Below are positions 21,580 to 34,424 of a stretch of 64,000 nt of DNA, piece by piece; position 1 is the stretch's first letter; every line of letters begins with the position of its first letter. The DNA comes from Selaginella moellendorffii (lineage: Eukaryota > Plantae > Lycopodiophyta). The translations under genes and the position numbers were made by a program. A model generated the notes under the pieces. The model was not told where the DNA came from, did no database searches, and was given only the letters and a program-made list of their open reading frames with translations. The stretch is from contig NW_003314315.1 of assembly GCF_000143415.4 (NCBI RefSeq), positions 991,514 through 1,055,513 on the forward strand, given 5' to 3'.

Positions 21580-23567
21580 GCGGCTACAGTTGTAGAGCAC
21601 TCTATCGGCCATGAGCACGCCGCCGTCAAGGCGCTCCAGTGGCTTCTCTCCGCAGAGCATTGTCACAACGCTAGACAGAAGCTAGACAGAAGTTTGAGCC
21701 CCACGCTTATCACTCTCTCCACTTGTTCTTCGTCAAAACTTGGCCCAGGTGAGCTGACGATTCTCTCGTCTAGCAGCTCCGGTATCTTGTTCTATTCGTG
21801 TAACTTACAGGCCTGCGATGGGATCGCTCCAGCTTTCTCAAGGAGGAAAAAAGTTTTTTTCGATCACTCACCCATTCCAGAAGGTACTGGGTTGATCCCA
21901 ATCCGTGCTCTTTCGACCACTCACGATTCCCAGGCTCAGGATTCCAAAGCTGAAAACATCTGCTTTGTCCGTCAAGAGGCACTCCGGTGCCATATATCCC
22001 CTGCAAAAACAAAGGTTTGCTCTCGTATCTGAAGAATGTGGTGTGACTTTGCTTACACAGTTCCTGCGATTTGTGTGTTGATGGATTTCTCATCCAAGTA
22101 CAGTTTCGCCCAAAGTCCGCAATCTTTGCCTCGAACCGTTTGTCCGAAAGTACCTTCCCGGCTTTGATGTCTCTGTGGATGATTTTTCTCTGGGAATCCT
22201 GGTGCAGGTAAAGGAGTCCTCGAGCTACATCTAAGATGATATTGTATCTTTGCTCCCAGGAAAGGCAAGGTTCTCCTGGATCAGCCGGTACGTAAGTGGA
22301 GCATTGTCAAAAGCTTTCAAGAGATGGGCTTGGCCCTTACCAAACAGGACTTTGGCCAGGCTGTTGTTCTCCAGGAGCTCGAACACCAGCAGCCTTTAGA
22401 TTCCTCGGTGCCGTATAGCTTGACCAGGTTCCGGTGCTGGACACTGCTTACAAGCCGGACCTCGTTGAGGAACTCGTGTTTTCCTTTTCGCAACTCCGTG
22501 GTAGGTCTTTTGATGTCTATCTTTCTACCGTCTTGCAGAATTCCCTGATTAAAGATCTTCTCGATCATACAAAACTTTTCCCAAGGCAAGTCACTGCTCA
22601 CCTTGTAGACCACTCCACATGTAGTTTTTTATCATCGCTGAAGGCTGCTTTCATGGGTAGATGGTTGCTCCCTGATGAATGCTCGTCCTTGTCCAACAAA
22701 TTATAGAAAACGAGCTTCGAGGTAATAGTTCTCTTTCGTAGCAACGTACCTACGTTGACGCAAGTCCTTCCAGGATTTAAGTATCGGTGCTTGATCCTCA
22801 GGCAGCAGAATATCATAATTCCCAGCGAAACAGTCCCACCCGTGGCGACGCCGAGCACCATCTTGAGAATCGTCTTCCTGCTGCCTCTGGATCCGGATTC
22901 ACGACTGAAGCTGCTGTAGAACAGGAAGGTGTCGAAACGAGCATAGCAGGTCTGGAAGAGGATGAAACCACTGGCACTGTGAGGACACCTCTCGGTGCAA
23001 GTTCTTCGTCGCGACGGCCATGCAAGTGTTACACTGCTCGGCGCTCATGTCCCGTCGACACTCGCGCAGCCCGAAGACTCGCGACTTGCCGTCTCCAGAA
23101 GTGACAGTGGTGGAAGATCCATGGCTAGACAACACCACCATCGCGGAGTTTACATTCTGGCCATTATACAATAGTCTCGTCCAGGACGGAGAAGAAAGGA
23201 TGGTTATCGTAGATGAGGTAGCAGCCGTAGAGGAGGATCCGAGCTTCAAAGCTTCCGGGGCTGGCGGCCTGGGCTGCGTCTTGGTCACAGGAATCTCGGG
23301 ACAGGTCCTGGCGGCACTGGAGGACTCCGTAAGCTGTGAGTTTGCCATCGCGGCTGGGAGCGGAGCTCCGGAAGTGACCGGTGAGGGGGGCAGAAATGCG
23401 AGAAGATCGTCGAGAGCGGTGGAGTAAGAGAGAAGAAGTGGTGGTGCTCTGGAGTACTTCTCTCGGCCACAGTTCCAGCACGAGGACTCGATCAGTGTGG
23501 CAAGCGTTTGATGGTGGTGGGAGAAGATGAAGCTTGTGAGGAGGAGCATGGTGTGGAGGAGCGTCAT
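21580..23567 (-). pseudogene. Cysteine-rich receptor-like kinase (DUF26) pseudogene, tandem duplicate of the adjacent CRK
   Basis: Collinear with 23697-25856, but DUF26 and kinase motifs ([38 protein letters not shown]) are split by several frameshifts and deletions. Confidence 0.85.
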
Positions 23568-23696
23568 CTCATTGCGTGAGTAAATTGATATCGTTGACAA
23601 AAGGAAAAGATTTTTAGGTTCTTCGTTAAATAAAGATTTTACTCTTCGCTCATTCTCGTTAAAGGTTTTAACTTAAAGATTTTTAGGGTTGTTCGA

Positions 23697-25856
23697 TCAT
23701 CGCGCCGAGGAGATGCATTGCGACGAGTGGAGTTCCTGGCTGCTGTAGCTCGAGTTTAGCGTGTCCGCCTTGAGCACTCCATCGACGAGCTCTACCATCG
23801 CCGGCCGCGACACTTTGCCCAGCTTGGCCTCTCCACAGATCATCGTCACGACTCGTGACATGCTTGGGCGCTGCGATGGCGTAGCTTGGGTGCACAGGAG
23901 CCCAACGCAAATCACTCTTATCGCTTGCTCCTTGTCAAAGCTTGGAGGTACAGTGTTGAGTCCCGCGTCTACAAGGTCCAGTTGTTCGTTCCTTTCGTGT
24001 GACTTCCAGGCCTACGATGCGAGAAAAACTCTTTCGATCCAAAAAACGAATGAAGAATGCGATCGCTACTCACCCATTCCAGAAGGTATTGTCGCTCGAT
24101 CGGTTGATTCAAGTCCGTGCTCCTTCGTCCACTTACAATCTCCAGGCTGAGGATCCCAAAGCTGAAAACGTCTGCTTTGTCTGTGAGGTGGCCGTGGAGT
24201 GCGTACTCCGGTGCCATGTATCCCCTGCAATGCGGTAAGAGATTGTGAAACTTTCTCAAGAGATTTGTTCTTACAGAGTTCCTGCGATCTGAGTGTTGAT
24301 AGATCTCTCGTCCGAGTACAACCTTGCCAGGCCAAAGTCTGCGATCTTGGCCTCGAACTTTTCGTCGAGAAGTACGTTCCCTGCCTTGATGTCTCTGTGT
24401 ATGATCTTTACCTGCGAATCCTCGTGCAGATAGGCAAGGCCTCGAGCTACACCAAGGATGACATTGTACCTTTGCTCCCACGAGAGACAAAGATTTCCTG
24501 GATCACAGGTAACTACTTAGTTCGTGATCTTTTCAAACTTTCACGAAGCACGTACCTTGAAACAGGACTCTGGACAAGCTGTTGTTCTCGAGAAGCTCGT
24601 AAACGAGAAGCCTTTCGGATTCCTCGGTACAGCAGCCGTATAATTTGACCAAGTTTCGATGCTGGACGCTGCTAACAAGCTTAACTTCGTTGAGGAACTC
24701 CTGCTTTCCTTTTTGGGACTGCGTCGTGAGCCGCTTGATGGCTATTCTTCTTCCGTCTGGCAAAGTGCCCTGCATTTCTTCGAGGTAAACGAATTTGGAA
24801 CTCTACATAGTTTTTGCTTACCTTGTAGACGACTCCGAATCCTCCCTGGCCTAGTTTGTTGTCATCGCTAAAGCTGTTTGTGGCTGTTTTCAGTGCATGA
24901 TACGAGAAGATGGTTGCTCCGTGGTGAATGTTGGCTTGCAAGTCGAGATCTGCCATGTAGAGGTAAAAAAGAAGGATCTGTTTCAGAAAACACACTATAC
25001 CTTCTTTAAGCTTCTTTCTTGCAGCAGGAGTCAACCGATGCCTGTTCTTGACACAGCAAAATGCAAAGATCCCCAGCAGCAACGCACCTCCAATAATCCC
25101 AAACACCAACTTGAGAATTCGATCCCTGCCCGACCCGGATCTGGATTCACGGTCGAGGCTGCTGTAGAACTTGAAGGCGTCAAAGCGCGTGTAGCAGCTG
25201 TTGAGAAGAATGGATCCACTGGTGTTCCCGATGCATCGATCGGTCATGTTTCTCATCGCCACTCTCACGCACGAGTCGCACTGCTGGGAACTCAAGTCTC
25301 CTCGACACTCACCGAGCACGAAAACTTGAGACTTTCCACTTCCAACCGTGGCTGTGAACGAAGATCCACGCCGAGACAGCGTCGCCAGTGCGGACTTGAG
25401 GTTGTCGTCATATCCGGGAGACGAAGCTATGCTGCTACAGTTCAGACAGAGCAGGGACTCGTCCAGGACGGAGAAGAAGGGATGGTTTTCATACCGCAGG
25501 AAGCAGCCGTAGAGCTGGATTTTGGCTCCAAGGCTTGAGGAGCACCTAGATTTGACGGCCTGGCCGATGTCTCGAGCGCACTGGTCGCAGGAGTCTCTCG
25601 ACATGTCTTGGCGGCACTGGAGCAGTCCATAGAGAGTGAGCTCTGCGCTTTGGACGGAGCTCTGGAAGAAGCCAGTGACCGGAGCATTTGTGATGAGAGT
25701 TGCGAGGAGGTTGTCGAGGGCGGTGGAGTAAGAGCTGCCGTTGGTGAATTTCTCTTCTCCGCAGCTCCAGCAGGAGTACTCGATTGGTCCCGGGACTGGA
25801 GCAGCATTTGATGCGATCGAGAGAGTGAGGAAAAGCGAGATGTGGAAGAACACCAT
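23697..25856 (-). CDS. CRK: Cysteine-rich receptor-like kinase (2x DUF26, TM, Ser/Thr kinase)
   Basis: Signal peptide; C-X8-C-X2-C twice ([28 protein letters not shown]); TM; [35 protein letters not shown] across GT-AG introns. Confidence 0.92.
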
Positions 25857-27179
25857 GACAAAGTGCGAGTGATCAATGGACGTTGTCAACCATCTTAAAG
25901 TCAAACATATTTGAACTGAAGTATCGGACAAAGGTGTGCTTGTTTATACTTTCAAGCTTACACCATGGACAAATCAAAAGAATCGTTATCATTGTTATCG
26001 AGAATGCGATGTCTCAACACAAATGAAAGAGTTGCCTTTGTCAAGAAAAGACCATGTTGGCATTGCATGATTTAATGGAAAACGCTAAGGTCATCAGGAC
26101 CTGGATTGGCAAAAGTGGTTTATGAGTTTGGCTTTGTACGCCCATGCTTCGATGGCAGTATAAAGCTAGCTCGCCTAGCAAGCGGAAAGATCAATCCACT
26201 CTCCTTGCTCTCTTATATGAGTTTTTAAGGAACGATGATGTCACAAGTGCTCCTCCTCCTCCTGCTGCTGTGCGTCTCGACTTTCAGTGCCTCGGGGAGT
26301 GCAAGCGAAGGTTACTCTCAGCCTGAGAAGCCGGGCATGCATCCCAAGAGATCCAGCACCGTAAACATTAGTAGTGGCAAAGCTTCTTCAATAACTTCGG
26401 TTCTGATGTGAATGGCAATATCATTTTTGGGATCTTCCTGACGAGCTGGCCTGAAGCAATTGAGTCGCCATCGGCGAGCTTGAGCGAGAGAGATGCCGCC
26501 CTCCTCAATATCGTCATGAAGACCATTCATCGCCAACAGGAGTGGCAGCATAGCTCCAATGGCAAATTCTTCGCAGCCCTCCTCTCTGGTTCACGGGATG
26601 GTGGTGGAATTCAAGGGCCATCAGCTCGACCACATGAGGTAGCTATAGTTCTCGTTGAAGTTGTGATCAATAGTGGATGGTTTGCTGCAGTGCACTTGCG
26701 AACAACAGTGCTATCAGGGCGCGACGCATCAACGTCGGGCAGCAAACTTTCGCTGGGATCATCGACGCTGCACTTAGTCAGAAGTTATCGCCCAGCATGA
26801 TCCCACGATCAAATCCAGTTATAAAATGAGAAACGAATCTATATCTATGCTGTTTATAGTTTCACTGTGCGCAGCTTGAAGCATGACACAAGTGACTGCA
26901 AACTTAAAGTTAACCAGATAGAATGCACGGAGAGAGATTCCTAACGGTCCAACAACAAAAAAATCTAACTAAGATGGATCTGTATGACTTAATAAGAGAA
27001 ACAAATTGAAACATTAGCCAAAGCTTGACTTTTTGATTAAGGTTGACTTGCTCTTGCTATTCTCAACAAAAAAAAAAAAAACAAAGTTATGGCTGTTTTT
27101 CAAATAAATGGATGTATTCAAAAGCTTCCAAAACAAATATGTATGGAAGGATCATGCAATGAATGAATTTCTGAAGCTT

Positions 27180-29235
27180 CTAAGCTAGGATTCCGAGGTT
27201 ACCAAGCACATTAAACACGCCCATCGTACCCTGTCTTGCAACCATCTTCACTGGCTCCACCACCATCGAGTTGTCTTGGCTCAAAGAGGGTGAAGCGAAC
27301 GGCTTTCCGGCACACTCATCGCTCAGGAGAGCCAAAAGCTGGCGCAGCTCCGTGATCTTGCTGGAGAATGCGCCCACTGTCATTGGAAATGGAACGACTT
27401 TGTTCTCGCTCATTGAAATTAGAATCGTTCTCACGGCCGCGTCCTCACTCGTCAGAGCTCTCAGCATTCCTGCCACGATCTGTGTACATGCACAAAGAAA
27501 GACAAAGAGCAGGGTTTAGATCTTGATCGACAGAGATGGCGTGTTTTACCGCCTTTGAAGCCTCGTTTTCCAGCTGGGGAAGAATCGCCTCAGCAAGCGA
27601 AGGTGCCATAGGGGACATGACAAAAGATGCCAAAAGAACTCTCTCGGGGCTTCCAAACGCATCGAATTCGGGTGGAAGTTTCTGGCCAATCGCCGCCTGG
27701 AGGATTCCAGAGAAAGCTTGCCTTCCAACGTTCATGCGTGGCCTTGCAACAGCTCGGGTTTTCAAGAACTGGGACAGCACACTGCACCCAAGGAAGAAGA
27801 GGGAAAAGTAAGAAACAAAAACACAAAATTTGACCAACCTGATGTGATCTAGCTGATGAACAGCAAATTCGTTCATTAGCTTGTGCACCAGCGAAGAGGT
27901 TTGGGAAGAATTGTGGTTACTCATGTGAAAGGTGCCACCATTGGCTACCGTCATGTAAAACTGGGAGAGTATGTATTCCATCTTGAGGAGGCTGTTGAGA
28001 AGTCGGGTATCAGTGTCACTCAATGATGTTGGTGTTTCCAAACGCCTACAGCTGGTCGTTCTTCCGCCAAGGGGGTTGTAACTTGGTGGCGGTGGCGAGG
28101 GTAACTCATAACTGGGCGGAGGTGGTGGCGATGAAGGCTCATAGCTTGGTGATGGTGCCGGTGGTGGCGGTGACTCGTAGCTCGGTGACGGTGGTGGTGG
28201 ATACTCAGGCAGTGGTGGACTGGAGTAACTTGGTGGCGGAGTTGCATATGGTGGCGGTGGTGGACTGGAGTAACTTGGTGGTGGAGCTGATGTTGGTGGT
28301 GGTGAATACTCAGGTGGAGGTGGTGGACTGGAGTAATTTGATGGCGGAGTTGGTGGCTCATAGCTCNNNNNNNNNNNNNNNNNNNNNNNNNNNNNNNNNN
28401 NNNNNNNNNNNNNNNNNNNNNNNNNNNNNNNNNNNNNNNNNNNNNNNNNNNNNNNNNNNNNNNNNNGGTGGGGGTGGACTGGGAGTAACTTTGTGACGGT
28501 GGTGGCGGGTGGACAAGAGTAATTTGGTGGCGGAGTTGGTGGACCATAACTTGGTGATGGCGGAGGTGGTGGACCATATCTTGTTGAGGCGGTGGGGGGT
28601 GGATACTCAGGTGGTGGTGGTGGACTAGAACTTGGTGGCGGAGTTGGTGGTTCATAGCTTAATGACGGTGGTGGTGAATACCCAGGTGGTGGTGGTGGAC
28701 TGGAGTATCTTGGTGGCGGAGTTAGTGATAACGCTGGCGGTGGCGGTGGACTGGAGAAACTTGGTGGTGGACTTAGTGATAATGCTGGTGGTGGCGGTGG
28801 ACTGGAGTAACCTGGTGGCGGAGTTGGTGAGCTTGGTGACGGTGGTGGATACTCAGGTGGTGGCGGTGGACTGGAGTAACTTGGTGGAGGAGTTGGTGGC
28901 TCATAGCTTACTGACGGTGGTGGCGGTGGACTGGAGTAACTTGGTGGTGGAGATGGTGGCTCATAGCTTAGTGACGGTGGTGGTGGTGGATACTCAGGTG
29001 GCAGCGGCGGACTGGAGTAACTTGGTGGCGGTGTTGGTGGCTCTGATGGTGGTGGCTCATAGCTTGGTGACGGTGGTGGTGAATACCCAGGTGGTGGCGG
29101 TGGACTGGAGTTACTTGGTGGCGGAGGCGGTGGGTCGTCCTTCACTAAGTGTGTTAGTCGAGCTGCACTGCCTGCAACAGAAGATGTCACACACAGCACT
29201 AACAGCAGCAACCTGATCATAGAGAACGACTCCAT
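27180..29235 (-). CDS. Secreted extensin-like (SP3-5, YSSPPPP) protein fused to a PCC13-62/ferritin-like desiccation-related domain
   Basis: Signal MESFSMIRLLLLVLCVTSS, a long Pro/Ser/Tyr repeat (100-N gap at 28367-28466), then LLKMEY..HQLDHIR..RPRMNV..FDAF..LLASF..EDAAVRTIL..VVPFPMTVGAFSSKITELR. Confidence 0.8.
28367..28466. other. Assembly gap (100 N)
   Basis: Run of n inside the extensin repeats. Confidence 0.99.
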
Positions 29236-29716
29236 GATTCGACACGGAATGGTGTGATGCCGCTCCTCCAAATGAGCCACGGTTTTATACTGCGTAACAC
29301 CATGCACACATTCCACAATTCAACATTACAAGCATGGAAAGTCATCCGCATTTAGCAAAAGTAGTGAACGGTCTTTACGTTTTTGGAACTTCCACTTTGT
29401 CAATCTAGGCATCCTTGCTTGAATATCAAGAAGTTCTATGGAGCTTCATGCCATGAAGGCTTTATCGACGAACTATGTGATGCTAGATCACGCCCCTCTT
29501 TACATTAAAAGTCACGTCCTTCAGTTTGAAACAAATCCCACTAAACGATCTTTTAATTTCATCCTTGCTAGCAAACTGGATAGTATAAGCTGGTCGTTTT
29601 TTCCTCGTCCCGACCCTGTGTGTATGTTAAAACTCGGAGAAACAAAACTCCATTGGCCGCTCTAAAAGAAAGATGACTATAAAAACTTCCCTGGCCTTCG
29701 ATCTTTTGTTAGACTT

Positions 29717-31709
29717 TCATTGTATGGTGCAGCTACCTTGCTGGCTTCTGTACGAGAAAGAACAAACCTCAGGTTGGAAGACAACTACTTGTGACACTTA
29801 CTTTGGTCTGGGATGATACTCCGGGAGCGTGTCCAGGTATTTTAGCCAGAACGGCCCAGCTTCAGCACTATCTACACACAGAGGCCCACCTCTGTACGAC
29901 TGGACGATGAACTGGTCACTTCTCGTCCTGCCTTGCTCAGAGTTAGACATGGAAGTGGATGATTCTTTCCACACGAACCTGTTCTTGTAACCTGCTAACC
30001 AGGAGACATACGCCGCTCCAAAATACATCGACACAAAGGGCTTAGTTAAGTCTTCGCATGATCTTAGCCTGTATGACTTGTACCCCAAATCTCTGACAGG
30101 GAGAACAAAGCAAATAAAAAACATGTAAGGAATAATGGACATTTTGCTTACGAGTAGAGCCATAACGCGGTGGTATATGGCGTCTGCATTAGTCCTGTCG
30201 GAGATTCCAGCCCGAACAAAAGCCTTTTACTGCTGATATCTGCTAACGTGCAAAGCATAGCCTGACAAACAAAATCAAGCATAGATTTATAAAGGCATGA
30301 AAGAAAATTCCGCTTACTGGGCTAATTCCTCTGTCAGTAAAGTATCTCGATACGATTATTCCTGCAATGGCCTAGAGGAACATAGAGATTTAGACACGCG
30401 AAGTAAAATACAGATTTTACCTTCAACTCCGTCCTTGTAACAAAAGGTCGCATCTGAGTATCACGGGAAAAGCGCACTTTTCCTGGTTTTTCTCCTGCCT
30501 TGGTCCATTCCTTTTTCACATCTGGTTGTCTCCACATTTCTGCCATGTCCTGTGCCGAAGTTCTTTCCTCCCAATAAATCCACTGGCGTCCTAAAACAAC
30601 GCAAAAACAAATAAAATACTCTGGGGACGTAACAACAAAAGTTTACCTGGCGAAGGACTCGGTTGCACTGCAGCGGAACCCAGATGAGCAGGAGCTGGCG
30701 TTGAAGCAGGCGACTCAAGAACAGGCAACTCCCTGATGCAAAACGAAAGTAAACATCTGATCCTGATCCATGTCGTTTGAGATAGTATTACCTTCCAATA
30801 GGTAGGTTCTGCTTGGCTTGTAAGTAACGGTTCCAATAACCGAGAGTGAACTTGCTTGTCGCATGCTTCGGTCCTGAGTTATATGCCCGAACCATGAACT
30901 CTTCACTCCGCCTCCTACAGTGGCATTGTATAAGTCAAAGAACCGCTAGCTAAAAACTATTAGCTTACTTATGCTCGTAGGTAGACAACCATTTCAAATA
31001 TGCCGCTCCAAAGTAGACACAGACAAAAGGTCTGTAGAGCATGTCAGCAGAATAGGCATTGAAGCTCATGTCCCTATGGAAACAATTTTATTTGCGTTCG
31101 GTTACGAGGAAACCAAGGAGAGCTCAGAAAACAACACTTACTTGACTAGCCATTCAGCCGTGGACGCTAACACTTGCATAAGACCCGTGCTTGCTTCCTT
31201 TAGCTTCGGCTCATAGCGATGTGCTAGAGGTTGACGATGGCTCTCGATCTCCGCAATAGCGCAAATCATCGACTGCATTGTCAAACAAAGACGAAGAAGA
31301 AAAATCCATCAATCCAGCAACAGGCATAAAAAAGAGCAAGAACTTACTGGACAAAAATCCATCAATCCAGCAACAGGCATAAAAAAGAACAAGAACTTAC
31401 TGGATCGAGCCTTCGCTTGAAGTGCCTTCCAATGATAAGCTCCGCCACAGCCTATACCAGAAAGCACGGACAAGAAGAGCTTGCGTTAGCTATGGTAGCG
31501 TGCAAGAGAAAGTAAGAAAGGAGATTTCTTACCCGCATTTCCGTTTGAGTGAGGTATGGATGGCCGTCCGGATTTCTCGACATATGAACCTTGCTTCCTG
31601 GAGCTTCCCCGGCGGCGATCCACTCCTTGCGGACATCGACATGCGACCACATCGCGAGCATGTCCTCGGGATCCACACAGTCATCCCAATATTTCATGCC
31701 CGGCGGCAT
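29717..31709 (-). CDS. Plant protein with duplicated soluble lytic transglycosylase (SLT)-like domains; multi-exon; ends in CTIQ
   Basis: MKYWDDCVDPEDMLAMW..VRKEW..KVHMSR..PYLTQTEMR, AIAEIESHRQP..TGLMQ, and a second copy MAEMWRQPDVKKEW..KVRFSRD..PFVSMYFGAAY. Resembles the Arabidopsis AT1G16290-type family (from memory). Confidence 0.75.
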
Positions 31710-32292
31710 TTTCGAGCTCGCGATCTCAAGACGGCATTCAGCGCCGCGCTGCGACTGGCAAGATCCTGGAGCTGGAGGAGCCGGAGAGGCGCTTCCGGGA
31801 GCGCGGAATTGGGGAGAGATCGGCCTCGCCTACCTGATGCTGGCGCTGGTGCTGCGCAGCTCCGCGGCGCGCTGGAGGATTCCTCGCGAACCCTCGCTCT
31901 CCCCCTTCCCCCAAACCCTAAATACTTCCACACGCGATTTCCTCTTCATCGTTTTTTTTGCATGCGTCTTGTGCCCTTCTCGCTTCTTCCATGGCATTTT
32001 TTTATGCCAGAAATTTTTTCCACGGCACCGTTAGGGCAGGCCCGAGATCGTGCCACGTGCAGCCCCGGAACCGCCGCCACGTGGCAAAGTCTTGGCTTAG
32101 AAAGAACCACGTCTTTGTGGTTTTTTTAATGGAGTCATGGATCAACTCTTTCTTCCAAAGTGGAGCATTTCCTTGTAACCACTAAGAGGGAATTTTGACT
32201 TTACCATGAGTGTTTCCTTGCTATATAAGATTAGCTTCCCCAGGCAAAGAGTGTGTAACAAAGCACACAATTATAAGTTTTGATTGAGGAGA

Positions 32293-32505
32293 ATGAAGAG
32301 CAAGAGCATGAGCAAAAGTGCGTTTCTTTTGTTGTCACTGATGGCATTTTGGATTGTGTTGCTGCTTCTTGCACCAAATTTTGCTGCTGCTACTGCTAGA
32401 AATCCCACTAAGGATGCGGTTTCTGCCAGAGGAGCGCATGGTGCATCTTACCACTTGGAGCACAACGACATAAACGAGCGCGGCAGACATCCCCCACGCC
32501 CTTGA
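32293..32505 (+). CDS. Small secreted peptide precursor (70 aa), family unassigned
   Basis: TATATAA at about 32222, hydrophobic signal peptide, AAATAR cleavage-like site, Pro/His/Arg-rich C-terminus (NDINERGRHPPRP*). Confidence 0.6.
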   Translation: MKSKSMSKSAFLLLSLMAFWIVLLLLAPNFAAATARNPTKDAVSARGAHGASYHLEHNDINERGRHPPRP

Positions 32506-32716
32506 ATCCAGTGGGGCAACTCAATGTGTTGTCAAGGTTTTATAAAGATATTGACAAGCTTGCGAAATAGACGATACATAATCTGGCCACAAGTCAACAA
32601 AAATAAAAATTGGTTTAAGGTGTGAATGTCTCAAGTCTGTCAGTCTCTCCTCAAAGATCAAGATCTAGTCAACTGCCAGTCCACAAAGGTCAAAATGCTT
32701 GACTTAGCCATATGAC

Positions 32717-33024
32717 GCATCAATATAGTCTGGACTGGAGAAAAGAAGATCAACTGGAATGTCTCAGCCCTTTCAATTTGGAAGGCTGTGAAGAACTTGC
32801 AAGAAAAGCAAGCTCCACTTTTTCTACTACAGGGTGAGATATTTAGCTAGAACTACCTGAGGAATTTTCACAAAATTAATTAGAGATTCAATTTTTTTTT
32901 ATTTTATGAAGCATCAATATAGTCTGGACTGGAGAAACGAAGATCAGCCCTTACAATTTGGAAGGCTCCGAAGAACTTGCAGGAAAAGCAAGCTCCCCTT
33001 TTTCTACTACAGGGTGAGATATTT
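32717..33024. repeat. Imperfect direct repeat of about 120 bp (32717-32843 and 32911-33024)
   Basis: gcatcaatatagtctggactggagaaa...ttttctactacagggtgagatattt occurs twice. Confidence 0.85.
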
Positions 33025-34424
33025 GGTGAATTTTAGCTAGAAATTGTATACTACCGATTTCAAACATTGTAGTTTTCCAAGACAGGATATATGAGAATTG
33101 ATGCAAATGGAAAGATACCACCTGAGGAAATCAATTAGATTCAATCTCCTTTTTTTCTTTTTTCTTTTCAATTACGGAAATCTCTAAGAGAACTCAAAAA
33201 AGATGTGTACAGCAAACTCGTGAACTTTAGATTTGCCATATAAAATACTTTCTCCTATACACTTGCACTGTACAAATACAAAGGGCCTGGCCGTACGCCT
33301 CTTGCAAGCTGGCGGTCACAAGCATTGGTTGTGTCATATGGTGGTTGGCGCCTGGCGTCAGCGGCGGAGGGGACAACGTGGCATCTAAGTACGGAGGAGA
33401 CTTTCGTACGCGGGAATCTCCCCCGGATTCCCTGGGAATCTCCTGTCGCCCCTGCAACACCAGCCTTGTCGTTGCCCCGCTGAAGCGCAATAAAAACAAG
33501 GCGCAGGAAGAAACGAGGAACTTTGCGACACTGACAAACACAGGAAAAAGCAAAGCGACGGTTTGGTGGTGGCAATGGAAAACAATGCCCAAATTCAATT
33601 CGAGCTATAATCAATGGCTGCCAGGAGAAAAACATTATAAAAACAATGGTTTTGATACAAGGATTACATACATACCTTTAGTTTTTTTCATTCTTCTTCT
33701 CAGACTTCTTCTTCTCGGCTTGGCTTGGCTTGGCTTGAGAATCAAATCCCTGCCTGCAACAACATTACAATAAAACTAATGGCCCCTGCTGTGGATCTGA
33801 TATTGTTGGTGAGAAAAGAAGGGGCGCTTTGAAGCTTTTAGAATGAAGTGAAAAGAGAGGTTCGTTCTTATCTAAAAGCCATACTCCGGCGGGGCAAAAG
33901 GATAGATTTAAGTAGTTCTTTGATGATGTCGCTAGTTAAGATCCAAGCGCTGTTCCTTGACAATGGATCTGGATTTCCGGATGCAACCTTCTCCTTTTTC
34001 TTTTTGGCCTTCGGCTGTTGATTGTCTCGCCAGAAGCCAGCAAGTAGCGCAGCCAGCGAGCATCAATCAATCAGCTCACTAGAAAGGAAGGAATAAAAAA
34101 AAAGCCAAGAGAGGAGCAAACCTTTGAGCTTGGCTGCTGCCTACAGCACGACACATTTATAAAGCGACCTTCGTACGCGTGTATTCCGCTTCTTGCTTTG
34201 TTGTTTGCCTTTACTTGCTTGCCTTGGTGCTCGCTCGCTCGCTCCCTTCCACTAGAGGAGAGTCCCTGTGAGAGAAGGAGAGCGTAAGTTAGCAGTCGCA
34301 GTGAGAAACAACAAAAAGGAAAGAGAACTTCTTGCCTAGATTGCATTGTCGGTTTCATTCCTGTGAGAAGCGACCCGGTCTCTCGGCTCCACTTTTCTCT
34401 CATCATCATCACCGTAGCCTCGTC

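Noticed and set aside
26318-26800. LHDDIEE motif hinting at a terpene synthase or prenyltransferase remnant
   Set aside because: Only one short motif, no NSE/DTE partner, and surrounding frames are closed; insufficient without an HMM search.
28023-29216. Val-rich and His-rich ORFs
   Set aside because: Antisense and alternative-frame shadows of the extensin Pro repeats.
33227-33773. Several 120-140 aa overlapping ORFs
   Set aside because: No recognisable motifs, mostly non-ATG starts; probably intergenic or GRF upstream sequence.
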